Origin: Podarcis filfolensis
Taxonomy: Eukaryota
Assembly (NCBI GenBank): GCA_964270895.1
Contig: OZ185439.1
Length of the DNA stretch: 64,000 nt
Direction: 5' to 3' (one strand)
Part shown: piece after piece, positions 53,626-64,000 of the stretch
Numbering within the stretch: position 1 is the first letter of the stretch
Layout of the letters: every line of letters starts with the position of its first letter
Notes under the pieces: generated by a model
Seen by the model: the letters and a program-made list of their open reading frames with translations, nothing else
What the model was told of the DNA's origin: nothing
Databases searched by the model: none
Made by a program: the position numbers and the translations under genes

Positions 53626-53748
53626 CAGCCTTCCCCAACCTGGTGCCCTCCAGATGTTCTGAACAACTCCTCTCATCCCTGACCACTGGGGCTGGTGGGA
53701 GTTGAGAGTCCAGTAACACCTGGAGGGGCACCAGGTTGAGGCAGGATG
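53626..53748. mobile_element. Short palindromic non-autonomous DNA element (hAT-like)
   Basis: cagccttccccaacctggtgccctccagatgtt ... aacacctggaggggcaccaggttgaggcaggatg form imperfect TIRs. Related fragments occur near 32790, 41180, 62630 and 63780. Confidence 0.65.
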
Positions 53749-54712
53749 ATGAGGTGATTTATCGTGGTCTCCACCCAACCCAATGTGCTACTGTCTCTGT
53801 GTTTCTGCCTTTCTAGCTTGATGTCAACACATTCCAAGAGGTCCGTTGCAAGAACCCTAGCCCATTGGCTTCTGTAGCTTGGAACCCTACACAGGCAGAT
53901 ATTTGCACATACTCAATTCCACTAGGGCAGCCAGATACTGACTTTAAAATCCTTTTGGAGCTGCTTTTTTTTTTTCCTTTTCAGGTGGGGGTGGGAGGTC
54001 CATCTGCCTCACTTCTCTTTTCTCTTGCAATTCTCTTCTCTGGACAAGGCTAAGGTGCAGCATGGCTCCTATGGTCTGCAGTGATGTCAGTTCCTCACAA
54101 CAGGCAGCAACAACCTGCTTTAAAGTGGTGTAGTGATCTCCCCTTCTGTGCTTTCCCCCCAGCTGCCGTCCTATCAAGAAGCAAACTTAAACTTTGCCAG
54201 CTTTTCCTGTGTACCTAGACAATGAAAAAGGAATCACTGAATGGAAGGGATTCTGAGGGTAATCTAATCCCTGCAATGCAGGGTCTAAACTCCCTGCAAC
54301 GCAGGGCCAACAGTAGCACTATTCATGCTTTCTCCAGCAGTCTACCACATCCTCCCACTCCCACTTGCAGGGCTGGCCCTACCATTAGCCAGGGCAAGGC
54401 GACCACCTCAGGCATTAGATATTGGGAGGGGTGAGGGGGGACAGTGGCAGAAAACTCCAGCCATCAGTACTGAGCTTCCCTGGTCATTCCGCTCTTCAAG
54501 AACAAAGCTGCGTGCACCACACATCCTGCCTACGCCAACTTGCTGGTCTCAGTTGTGGAGGATGCTGCCGCATTGCTGGTGTTGAGTAATAAGTTGCCAG
54601 GCTACTGGGCTTCTGTATTTGGAATGGGAGGTGCCATCTTGCCCTTTGCCTTGGGCAACAACTTGTCCTCTTGCTGGCCATTCTAGGAATTGCTGTCCAA
54701 GTGAGTACCATA

Positions 54713-54931
54713 CAGTGGTACCTCAGGTTACATACGCTTCAGGTTACAGACTCCGCTAACCCAGAAATAGTGCTTCAGGTTAAGAACTTTGCTTCAGAAT
54801 AAGAACAGAAATCATGCTGTGGCGGCGCGGCGGCAACAGGAGGCCCCATTAGCTAAAATGGTGCTTCAGGTTAAGAACAGTTTCAGGTTAAGAACGGACC
54901 TCTGGAACGAATTAAACCCGAGGTACCACTG
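54713..54931. mobile_element. Tc1/mariner-type MITE, same subfamily as 3313-3539
   Basis: TA-CAGTGGTACCTCAGGTTA...AACCCGAGGTACCACTG-TA. Interior closely similar to the 3313 copy. Confidence 0.9.
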
Positions 54932-57699
54932 TACAAGCAAAACTTGTTAGGATTTTGTTTTCAAAAATCAAAAGATCTGCCTCCCATGAGGGCTGCACAT
55001 GCGTGAGAATGCCATGCCTGGCAACACCTGAGTTCTGCCCCTCCTTGCAATGTGTGGAGAAAGGTCAAATAGTTGGGTGCTTGTCCTCTTCCGCTTCAAG
55101 TTCTTTTGTTCACAGCTTTCTCTTTTTGTGTGTGTGCTGATCACTACATATGAGAAAACCACCATGGAAAGGTGCCAGCAACCTGACTGACTCAAGAAGG
55201 ATTTGGTGATTATAGTCTGTGCAGCTGGTGTTTCCAACACTGCTCCATTTACAACAATTGCCACATGAAGCTGAGAAAATTAGTGGTTCTGAGCAAAGGA
55301 GAGCTGGAGCTTCTGCTGTGTATGAGAATAATGGAAAAAAACACAAAGCTATCCTGTCCAACCAGGTGGCTTACAAAACTTGCTGGGCAGAGTCAATATC
55401 CAGCTCATTTGCTGAGGATGAAATTAAGCGCATAATTTGCAAGGGTTGCCCAATCCTCATTGGATGGATCATGACCAGTGAAGCAAAGTTTGTCAGTTGA
55501 AACTCACCTGGCTCATCTGAACTGGCAGGTAGTTTGGATATTTCTGTTTTTATGTACTTTTCCTTTGAACTCCTGTGTGAGAGACAAGGTGGATTCCCTT
55601 TATCCTAAACATTCTTACTTACCTCTGCTACTCCCTGTCTTCTTTGTTTCCAGTGACACTTGGACAACATCTGTCAATTTCCACTCCAATACATCTGCAA
55701 TCCTGTTCACCCCTCATGTTGAACTTGCTGAAAGCTGAGTTCAGGGAAAGTTCACCTATATGCAGTTAGAGGAACGGGTTTCAGCATTTCTTGTTTTGCA
55801 TTTTCAGTCCTCTCATTAATGTGAGCTCATGGAAATGACAAAGAAGGGAAATAATGTTCGATTCGTCCCCAGAAATGTATATACTGCTTTTTTTTTTTTT
55901 TTTGCAAAAGCTCAAAGCAAATTGAGTAATAGTAAAAATATCAATACAGATTATTAAAATGACAATGCAATAGTGAGACAATAGCAACAGGGCAGCTGAA
56001 AAGCCCAGGGCAGACTAAGCAACTCTTCTTACAGGCCTGAGAGAAAAAGATATGCTCCACTTTGGTTGCTGCAGGTCAACAATTATGCTACTGTCCCTTT
56101 TAAGGAGGAGGAAATCCATTCAAAGTCTGTGTGCTGAATGCTGGAGAAACTTTTTGGTAGGTTGACTATGTAATGTGTTGGGGGTATAGAACACATTCAC
56201 ATCATGGCTCAAGAGAGGAGGAGTGGCATGTCCCCTGAAATGATAACATTTCTCAAAGGCTAATTGCTGAACGTCTTAAGACAATTCCCTAACAATTCCA
56301 GACCCCAATTAGAATATAGTGTGCGTGTGCTGAACTTTGAACATGTTTCACACAGGTCATTCTGGCATCCATTGGTGATGATCTTCTCAGAACCAATTTG
56401 AAGATAGTTTTGGGCAGGCATGCTCACACATAAAACAATATTTGAAGAGGTCCATATGCCCACATGCATGCCAGCTTTGTATTATTGGTCTGGAGGTCTC
56501 CTAGAAGAAAAGGGGGAATCATTTTCATTTGTGCAGGGCATGTTTCTTGATACTCCCCAATCTTCCTTTAGGGCCTGCAGTTCACACCATATCCTCTACC
56601 GTTCCAAAGGCTCTCCTCAACCCTTGAGAACAGTGTTTTGAGTGTCATGAGGGGCCTTCATTGGCCAGTGGGAAATTGATGAAGATGAGGGTGTCCTGTG
56701 GAAATGGCAAATAATGTTTTGCGATTCTTTCTGGCTCCACCATTTGTGGCTGAGCAACAGAGCATAGTGGCAGCCCTACAGAAGTACCCTTGGATTTACA
56801 TTGCAGAGCCCTTTTAAAGAGGTGCATTTGACAGAGTCAAGTTGTGCCTCAGCCAAATTGACAGAGGTTTCCAGGCTAGGAAGAAGTTGCTGTTTCAAAA
56901 CACTGCTGCCTCTCTGTCTTCAGAAGGTTTATTCCTATCGATTTGTGATGCAATAAACATCTGCAGGGACTCACTAATGCTGCAGCCAAGCCCAAAGCAC
57001 TGAGTCAGCCTCCAAGGCTCTTTATGGGAGAAAGTGCCGTGAAGCCAAAAAGACGATTCCCTTTTGCATGAGTAAAAAACACTTTCTATGTTCTGCCTCT
57101 GGGATGGGCGAGAACTGCTGCATTGCATTTGCTGTTCTAAGGAATTATACAGGGCAGGTCACAGATTGTTCCACCCTAGCTGGAAATGAGCAATATTGTG
57201 GTGATGTAATGCTAATACACGAGGAGCTAATGCAACAGCCAAGATGGGCTACACTGAGGCAAGACTGAAATCTTGACGTTGTGCAAGATCTTGTCACATG
57301 AGAATGTAGAGGGTTTTTTATTTTTTTAATATTCCCCCCTTTAAAAAAAAGGGTTTCTAAGCTCTGTGCTTTAAAAACTGTGAACATGTCTTCAGCTTGC
57401 CATGTTGTCATCAAAGAACTAGGCTCTCTTCCAAAATACCCGCTTTCCAAAGAAATTAAAGTGATAAATATCCAAGTGCAGATGTAATTGGTAAGAACAC
57501 ACACACCCTTTGTGGCCAAGCTCTTTCAGCTTCAACAGAGAGGGTGGCAGCCCCCCACCCTTTCATCTCCTGTGCCAAACCGTTCCAGGGTCTGATTTGC
57601 CTTCAAGTGTCCAGGCAAAGTTGGCTTGACTAGGGCTTGGGATCATTTGGATTGATTGGAACTGGGAAAGCTTTGCCTTGCCTAGCCATCTTAAGTTCT

Positions 57700-58480
57700 G
57701 CAGCTCAGTGGCTAAGCAGACGCTTTGCATGCAACCCCCCCCCCCCGCCCAGGTTCAATCCCTGAAGCTTTCAGTGTGATGGCCTGGGATTCGGACTCGG
57801 AGGCTGAACCTGAGGAATCCCAGCCTGCACAGGAGTCCCCGCCTTCAGAACCAGCTGAGCTGGGGCTGGGGCTTGAGCCTGAAGGGTCCTCACCTGTGCT
57901 GGATCCTCAGGTGCAGGCACCAGCTGAGTCTGCTCTGGCTCCTGAGGTGATGGAGGACCCATTGCCTACAGGTGCTCCACTCCCAGCCCCGTCAGGGGAA
58001 GCTGAGGTTGCCTCTGGGTCTGGTAACCCTTCAGCCTCTCTTGAGCTGCAGAAGCTCAGGGCAGAGGGAACTAAGTTCCCACAGGAGGAGTGCTCGCCTC
58101 CAGGCCAGGAGAAGCAAGTCACCTGTGGACCGGGGCCACCCTATGCCTTGGGGCAGATAAAAGCCAGCCAGCCCCAGTCCTAGGTTGCGGGAGCAACATT
58201 GTTGTTAGCCTATTCCTGCCTGCACCCTGTCCTGCTCTTCTGCCAGAGTTCCTAACCTCACCTGACTCCCTGCCTTGGACCCCGCTTCAGCTTTGATGGA
58301 CAGCCTCCATACCGCACCCTCAACCTCGGACTGGACTCGGACCTTGCTGCACGGTTAACCCTTGGGACCAGCACATTCAGGTAGGGCAGGGGTGAAAGCT
58401 GCTGCCTGAAACCCTGGAGATGTGCTGCCAGTGAGTGTGCAGACAACCTAGAGCTAGCTGGACAAATGGTCTGGCTCTGA
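57700..58480 (+). mobile_element. tRNA-derived squamate SINE split by the solo LTR (57700-57774 and 58376-58480)
   Basis: Left part gctcagtgg...gctttgcatgca...ccaggttcaatccctg (A and B boxes) continues after the LTR as gtagggc...cctgaaaccctggaga...gctgccagt...gacaa...gagctag.tggacaaatggtctg. Confidence 0.75.
57775..58375 (+). mobile_element. Solo LTR (601 bp) of an LTR retrotransposon or ERV
   Basis: Starts TG, ends CA. 5-bp TSD TTCAG at 57770-57774 and 58376-58380. TATA-like GATAAAA at 58156-58162. GC-rich relative to its flanks. Confidence 0.85.
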
Positions 58481-60300
58481 GCTTCCTGTGCTTTTCCTTT
58501 TTTCTGCTTTGTGGCTCTCTCAGCAGGCATCACACTATTGACCAGCTGGCTCTTCTTCTAAAGCTTGAACTCATTCTCATGGGCTCCTTTGTACATGGCA
58601 GTTGTGGTCTCCACCTGCCCATACAGACTGCAAGTCATGCGCCCACAAGACGAAGCAATTATGCACGTGTGAAGGATGCCTCCCCCCAAGTGAAGTCGGG
58701 ATGTATAGTCAATACAAAGCATATCAAAATAAGAGCTGCTTTTCTTACAGGGATGTGCCAGAGACTCTTGGGCAGACTTTAGTGTGAACTGCCTGTGATC
58801 ATGTCAGCCTGTGGGAGCTGTAAGGACATAACGAACTGATTGAAAACCAGTTGCACACATTTATGGAAGAAGTCCAAATGCGACATTAGGTCATATGTCT
58901 TCTAAACATTTTCTTAAGAGGGTGTGAAGAAGCAGAAGAGAAGACAGTGGCAGCCCAATAGGAGCCAGCTCCTAGAGGCCTAGGTCCCTCCCCCCCAATA
59001 AAATATTTGAGGAGGCCACCCCCCCAAAAAATTTGATGGCATTGTCATTCAAATGGTATGTGCATACCATGTCTTGTGATTGATTATGCAGAGTGGGGGT
59101 TACCTGCCCCCCATTTTATTCAAGTTGGCACCCCTGTACTGCCCTGATATCTCAGCCCCTCTATGCAGAGGTGTGGGACAAAAGGATCGCACCCAGTGGT
59201 TCAGTTGGGTACCATTGTAAAAGAATTGCAAGTGAAGTTTCTGTGTGATAGACAAAAGTAACTCTCTCCCCCCACCTCTCCCTGGCATGCTACTAGGTGA
59301 TGAAATAATAACTGGGTGCAGACAAGCCACTTCTAACAAGCTGCTAGGTCACCTCTTCAGCTCATGAAATGGCTCCAGAGCTGTCTGCTTTCTGGAAAAG
59401 CTTGCAATTTTGCACAATTATCCCAAGAAACTACCCACCCACCCCTTTTGGTCTTGGCCGTCAATGTATGTATGTGGAAGTGTCTGGTTGTGGGCTCTCT
59501 AATTGCAAAGCTGAAGAGAGCACTGACACGAGAGAGAATTTCAAATCTGTCTACCTCGCTGTGATTTGCAAGGTTGGCAAAATACTGAACAAGGAGAACC
59601 GGTATGGAAAGCTGCTTAGAATCCCCAGCGGGATGACTCATTTTCATGCTGTAAATGTACATCAGCACCCCGAGCTGGAAGGCTGTGTACAAACAGCTGT
59701 TTCCAAGAATACACAGAGCACCTAGAAAGAACATACAGGAACACGCCAGGCTTTCTAAAGGACATAGTTACATATGCAGTACCTTATGGCTAATAAGGTG
59801 ATGCTTTTTAGTGCACCAGCCTCTGTCGCGAAAGCAATACAAATTGTCGGGTCTATGAGAGCGCCTATTCCAGCTGAAAAAAGGAAACCTGTGGGAAAGC
59901 CACAGGCAGACTTTTTTCAACATATAGTCCAGAAATATTTCTCTAGCTAGTTCCTCTCCCCTCCCCACCTGTATCCTTCCACAGCTGCTTTAACTGAAGG
60001 GACTAGACTGGTTTCCTTAACCGGCTCTGCTTGTTTTACTGATTTGGCTAATGGATCCTTTGTGCCCTCTCTGCTTTCCATGGGCTTGTCAGCATCAGGG
60101 AGTGTCTATTGTCTTTTCAAGGACAACAACATGGCATTCTGATTGTCCACACATAACCGGCAAGCGGAAGGTGGGAGAATAGCTTTGGTGTGCAAGAAAG
60201 AGTAATGGTCTTCTCACATGTTACATGCAGCTAGAAGGTTTGGGTATGTGTTCTCCTGTAGTGAGACACATATGTATACCCCCCCCCCCAAAACTTACCT

Positions 60301-60385
60301 TTTACTTAGTTGGTCTCTAATTTTTCTCTGTTATTTTTTTTATATATTTCAACTGCATTAGACCAACACGGCTACCTAACTAAAT
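60301..60385. mobile_element. Short Penelope-like pseudo-LTR remnant
   Basis: acttagttggtctctaa...tagaccaacacggctaccta matches the arm at 17932-18018. Confidence 0.6.
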
Positions 60386-60546
60386 CATCTACCTACCGTC
60401 ATCTAACAGTTGCCTTGCTATGTAATTTTTTTTTTAAGTCCCCAGTGTTTCAGTAATAGTGACTATGAATCTGGGAAGGTCTTTAATTGTTTCCCAAGAT
60501 GTCACAATATTTCTCTTCTAAGGAAAGCTGAAAGCTAATGAATATT

Positions 60547-60797
60547 CATTAGTACCTTGGTTCTCAAATTTAATCTGTTCCAGGAGTCCATTCGACTCCC
60601 GAAATGGTTCGAAAACCAAGGTGCAGCTTCTGAATGGCTGCAGGAGCTTCCTGCAGCCAATCAGAAGCCACAGAAGCCGCGTCGGATGTTCGGCTTCCAA
60701 AAAACGTTTGCAAACCAGAACACTTGCTTCCCGGTTTGCGATGTTTGGGAGCCAATTTGTTTGACAACTAAGTTGTTTGACTACCAAGGTACGACTG
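60547..60797. mobile_element. Tc1/mariner-type MITE (decayed left TIR)
   Basis: cattagtaccttggtt...accaaggtacgactg-TA: related TIRs, different interior. Confidence 0.7.
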
Positions 60798-60844
60798 TAT
60801 AGGGCTGCTTTCAGGTTAGTGCCAGTGGGTCATTCAGATGGAAC

Positions 60845-61625
60845 CTTCATTCATTCATTCATTGTTTCATAAAATTTATACACCACTTGATTGTAAAAAA
60901 AGAGAGAGAAAAGCCTCGAATCAGTTTACAAAAAGATAAAATCATAAAACCAGGAAACTTTTTGCATTAAAACATACAAAAGTTAAAATACTAAAATGGA
61001 TCAAAGTTCATCTTAGCATTTCTAAGCATATTGGAAGACTTGTCTAAACAAGAAAGTTTTTAAGAAGCACCAAAAAGAGTACAGTGAAGGTGCCTGCTTG
61101 ATTTCAATAGGCAGGGAGTTCCAAAGGGCAGGTGCTGCCACACTAAAGGATTGAGTTCTTATGAATGCAGAACAGGTATTATGTGGCGTTTGTAGTAGTG
61201 CCAATTCTGCCAATCGAAGTGGTCAAGTGGGCACGTGGGGGTTAGGTGGTCTCATAGGTAAACTGGTCCCAAGTTAAGGGCTTTATATGCTAATAGCAAT
61301 ACATTGAATCTGTTCCAGCAGAGGATCAGCAACCAGTGCAGATATTTGAGCACAGGTGTTCTATGCTGACAAGGCCTTATTCCTGACAGCAATCATGCTG
61401 CAGCATTCTGCACTAACTGCAGCCTCTGGATCGAGTGCAAGGAAAGTCCCACATAAAGCGCATTGCAGTAATCCAGTCTTGAAGTAATGAATGGATGAAC
61501 TACTGTGGCCAGACTTTCCTGGTCCAGGATTGGCCGTAACTATGGAACCAGCCGCAGTTGGTAAAAGGTAGCTCTAAGCACTGCGGCTACCTGAGCCTCC
61601 GGTGACACAGTTGGATTGAGAAGCA
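60845..61625 (-). mobile_element. Old L2 LINE fragment with (CATT)n tail
   Basis: The - strand ORF relic SFSVAAPALWNSLPIEIKQAPSLYSF...LKTFLF is an L2 C-terminus. cattcattcattc at the 3' end. Confidence 0.75.
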
Positions 61626-61689
61626 AAATGAAGACTGTCAGAATAATATCTATGCATGAAACAAGACTAAAACCTTTGCCCTCAGTGCC

Positions 61690-61885
61690 TACTAGCCATG
61701 TTCTGCCTCAACTCTCAGATGAAGTATGGCTCTGGATACCAGTTCCTGAGAATCACAAGGAGGGAGAGTGTTGAGGACCTGCTTGCAGGCTTTTCATTGT
61801 CATGTGGGTTGCCCATTTTGAGAACAAATTGCTGGACTAGCCAGGTCTTTGGTATGATCCCGCCGGGCTTTCCTTACATTTCGTT
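61690..61885 (+). mobile_element. Degenerate CR1 3' UTR remnant
   Basis: tactagccatgttctgcctc...accagtt...gctggactag...cttccttacat, similar to the 43000-43250 segment. Confidence 0.55.
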
Positions 61886-63459
61886 CTCTGCCTTTAAATA
61901 TCTGTTGTCACCTCTCCTTTGCAATTGCATCGATTAAAGAGGAGTGTTTTGCAGTACAGGTTGTACAAACACCACCTGCTGGTGTGTAAATATTTTTCTT
62001 ACCTACTGTCAGAATTATGATAGCTTCCAGGGTTTATTAGCATGCTCTGTGGATTTTATTTCATTAAATTAAGATCTGTCAGACAAGCCGAGACATATTA
62101 TTTGCTATGCTCCCTTCTTCAAGGTCAGATGTAGGACAGTTGCCCTTGTTCACCTCAATTCTCTGGGAACGATCATCTGCTTGGGCTGCACTTTTAGAAG
62201 CTAGGCAACAGTGAGGAAACTCTTCATGCTGCTGAATGAGGAATAGCCATCATATTTGGTGGAACAGAGAGAGGGAACATCCAGTTAATTAATTCGTGGA
62301 AAAGACTGTCTTGTTAAATGAATGATTCTAAGCAGTGACATAGAGCTGCATTGGATTAGCTTTCCCCCTTGCACAGCTGAAAAGAGATGGGTTTAAACAT
62401 GTACACAAATTATTGGGGGAGGAAATGGCAGTCAACCTTCCTTTTTGGGCAACGTTTGTCAAAATGCTTAATTAAAAAGGAAATACAATGCTGAAGATAA
62501 TTGTTCATGATAATGGCTGGTCAGCTTTTTTTCGTAGCAACCATGAGCATTTAGAGAGTGCAAGGATGGGGTGCCTGTGGCCTTTGAGATGCTCTTGGTT
62601 TCCAGCTTATCATCAGCCCCAGCCAGCATGGAAGGTGGCCTGGGATGATGGGAATTGCAGCTCAGCCACACCTGGAGGGCCACCCTTGATACAGTGCTTT
62701 GAGCATTCATAGAATTGTAGAGTTGGAAGGGACCACACGGATCATCTCGTTCCCGCACCCTCTCTCTTTCGTAAGGGCAAATGCAAGACACTTGAACCAT
62801 CCTAAAAACAAACAAACAAAACCACTCTTTCAATAAACTATTTTAAAAAAGCAACCTTACCAGAGAAACGTATTTGAGAACAGTTTGTAAAAGCCCATCC
62901 AAAAGCTCTGCTTTGCCAAAGGCTTCTGTGAGGCTGAGCAGTTCAAATCTCACATCATTTGTTAACTCTTTCATTGCCCTGTCTCCGTCCCTACACTGCT
63001 ATAGAATAATACTGACCTACATTATAAGATTGTTGTGAGGATTATACTGCGGAGCCCCTTGTTGTGGGTTTGAGCCCCACAGTGGGCAAAAGATTCCTGG
63101 ATGTGTATAGTGTTTGTTGGCATGAGGGGTGGGGCTGTGCTCTTTTGATTCTTCTTTCCAAGGGTCTCATTCTCTGGCTGCCTCCCCCACCCCCACCCCG
63201 CAAGCTGGATTCAATTCCAATTTCAGAGTCCCCTGGTGGGGCAGGGTTGGGGATTTATTTCTGGAATTGCATTCAACACTGTATCCTTGTTGACGTTTCT
63301 AGTATTGCAGGCAATAGGTGCTAATTTGAGTAACTATCCTTTGTTAACCGCCCAACCCCATTATGCCCTTAGGAGGACAATTTCCCAATGTTACACAGGG
63401 CGTTGCTCATAAAATGGCACAGCTGATTCTTATGATCCACTGCATTGTGATGGCAGCTC

Positions 63460-63650
63460 AGGATTAAAAGTGGTTAAGCGCGTTGGACTGAGACCTGCGA
63501 GGCCAGGGTTCAATGACCTGCTCAGCCATGAACTTCACTGGGTGACCTGGGGCCAGTCACAATCTCCCAGGGTCAACAGGGTCGTTGTGAGGGGAAAATG
63601 AAGAGGATGAGAACCATGCACACCACCTTGAGCTCCTTGGGGAAAGGTGG
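63460..63650 (+). mobile_element. tRNA-derived SINE (squamate Squam/MIR-like)
   Basis: gtggttaag..gttggactgagacctg..ccagggttcaat..ctgctcagccatgaa..tcactgggtgacc.tgggccagtcac, ending gccttgagctccttgg..aaaggtgggatat. Confidence 0.65.
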
Positions 63651-64000
63651 GATATGGGTCAAGTGGATCCTTGAAGCACCAGGACAGGAGACTCTGCTGT
63701 CGCCTGGTGTTTTGTTTTCTCAGGCCCTTAATATTTCAGGAAGGATGTCTGGATCAAGTCATGGAAGTTGTAGGCCAACCTTCACCAACTCGGTGCCTTT
63801 CAGATGTTGTCGGACTACAACTCCCATCAGCCCTGGTCAGCACTGCTGGTGAAGGCTGCTTAGGCTGAAGGTTATCTTCCTGTGGCAGCATTGCTTTTCT
63901 GCATTGACGGTTGCCTTCTTGCATAGCAGTGTGGTCGAGCAGGATTCATAAGATAATGGAGGTTGGGAGGGCAGGCTGATCTAGTAGTGCAATTGGGACA

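Larger units (their letters stand above)
47135..62998 (-). other. Candidate unidentified multi-exon gene convergent with SHOC2 (tentative)
   Basis: Several - strand segments have a pyrimidine-rich acceptor, a GT donor and an open frame: 62998-62861, 59721-59555, 57136-56975, 56500-56428, 55572-55508, 55315-55183, 51781-51669, and a possible last exon from 47971. The last six are phase-compatible. AATAAA on - at 47140-47135. I do not recognise the protein. Confidence 0.3.

Noticed and set aside
55623-55756. Possible - strand exon ending GAG|gtaagt
   Set aside because: The intron to the next acceptor would be only 50 nt, and all frames from the nearest acceptor contain stops.
59600-59721. Alternative frame CSVYSWKQLFVHSLPARG, faintly like the GPAT2/GPAM N-terminus
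   Set aside because: The frame closes with TAA, the exon boundary does not fit, and no other GPAT exon is present.

Overview
Eukaryotic, AT-rich vertebrate genomic DNA. The repeat content (Sauria SINEs, squamate L2/CR1 3' ends, Tc1/mariner MITEs, Penelope-like fragments) points to a squamate, probably a lacertid lizard (inference). The main feature is a complete SHOC2-type gene on the + strand. Eight coding exons (19222-44618; 703/138/131/189/123/138/118/209 nt, all GT-AG) give an intact 582-aa LRR scaffold protein, followed by a ~2 kb 3' UTR. The non-coding first exon and promoter are not visible, so the window seems to start inside intron 1. The protein looks more diverged from mammalian SHOC2 than expected (about 90% by my recollection of the human sequence), so it may be a fast-evolving orthologue or a second copy. 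Intron 2 holds a very young antisense non-LTR retrotransposon (uninterrupted APE-RT-CCHC ORF, 13-bp TSD). Other notable items: a Penelope-like inverted repeat with a split hammerhead ribozyme, a solo LTR whose U3 is filled by an ORF, and weak evidence for a convergent multi-exon gene on the - strand downstream of SHOC2. I found no rRNA, tRNA or CRISPR features. No database searches were run; comparisons with human SHOC2 come from memory and need alignment to confirm.
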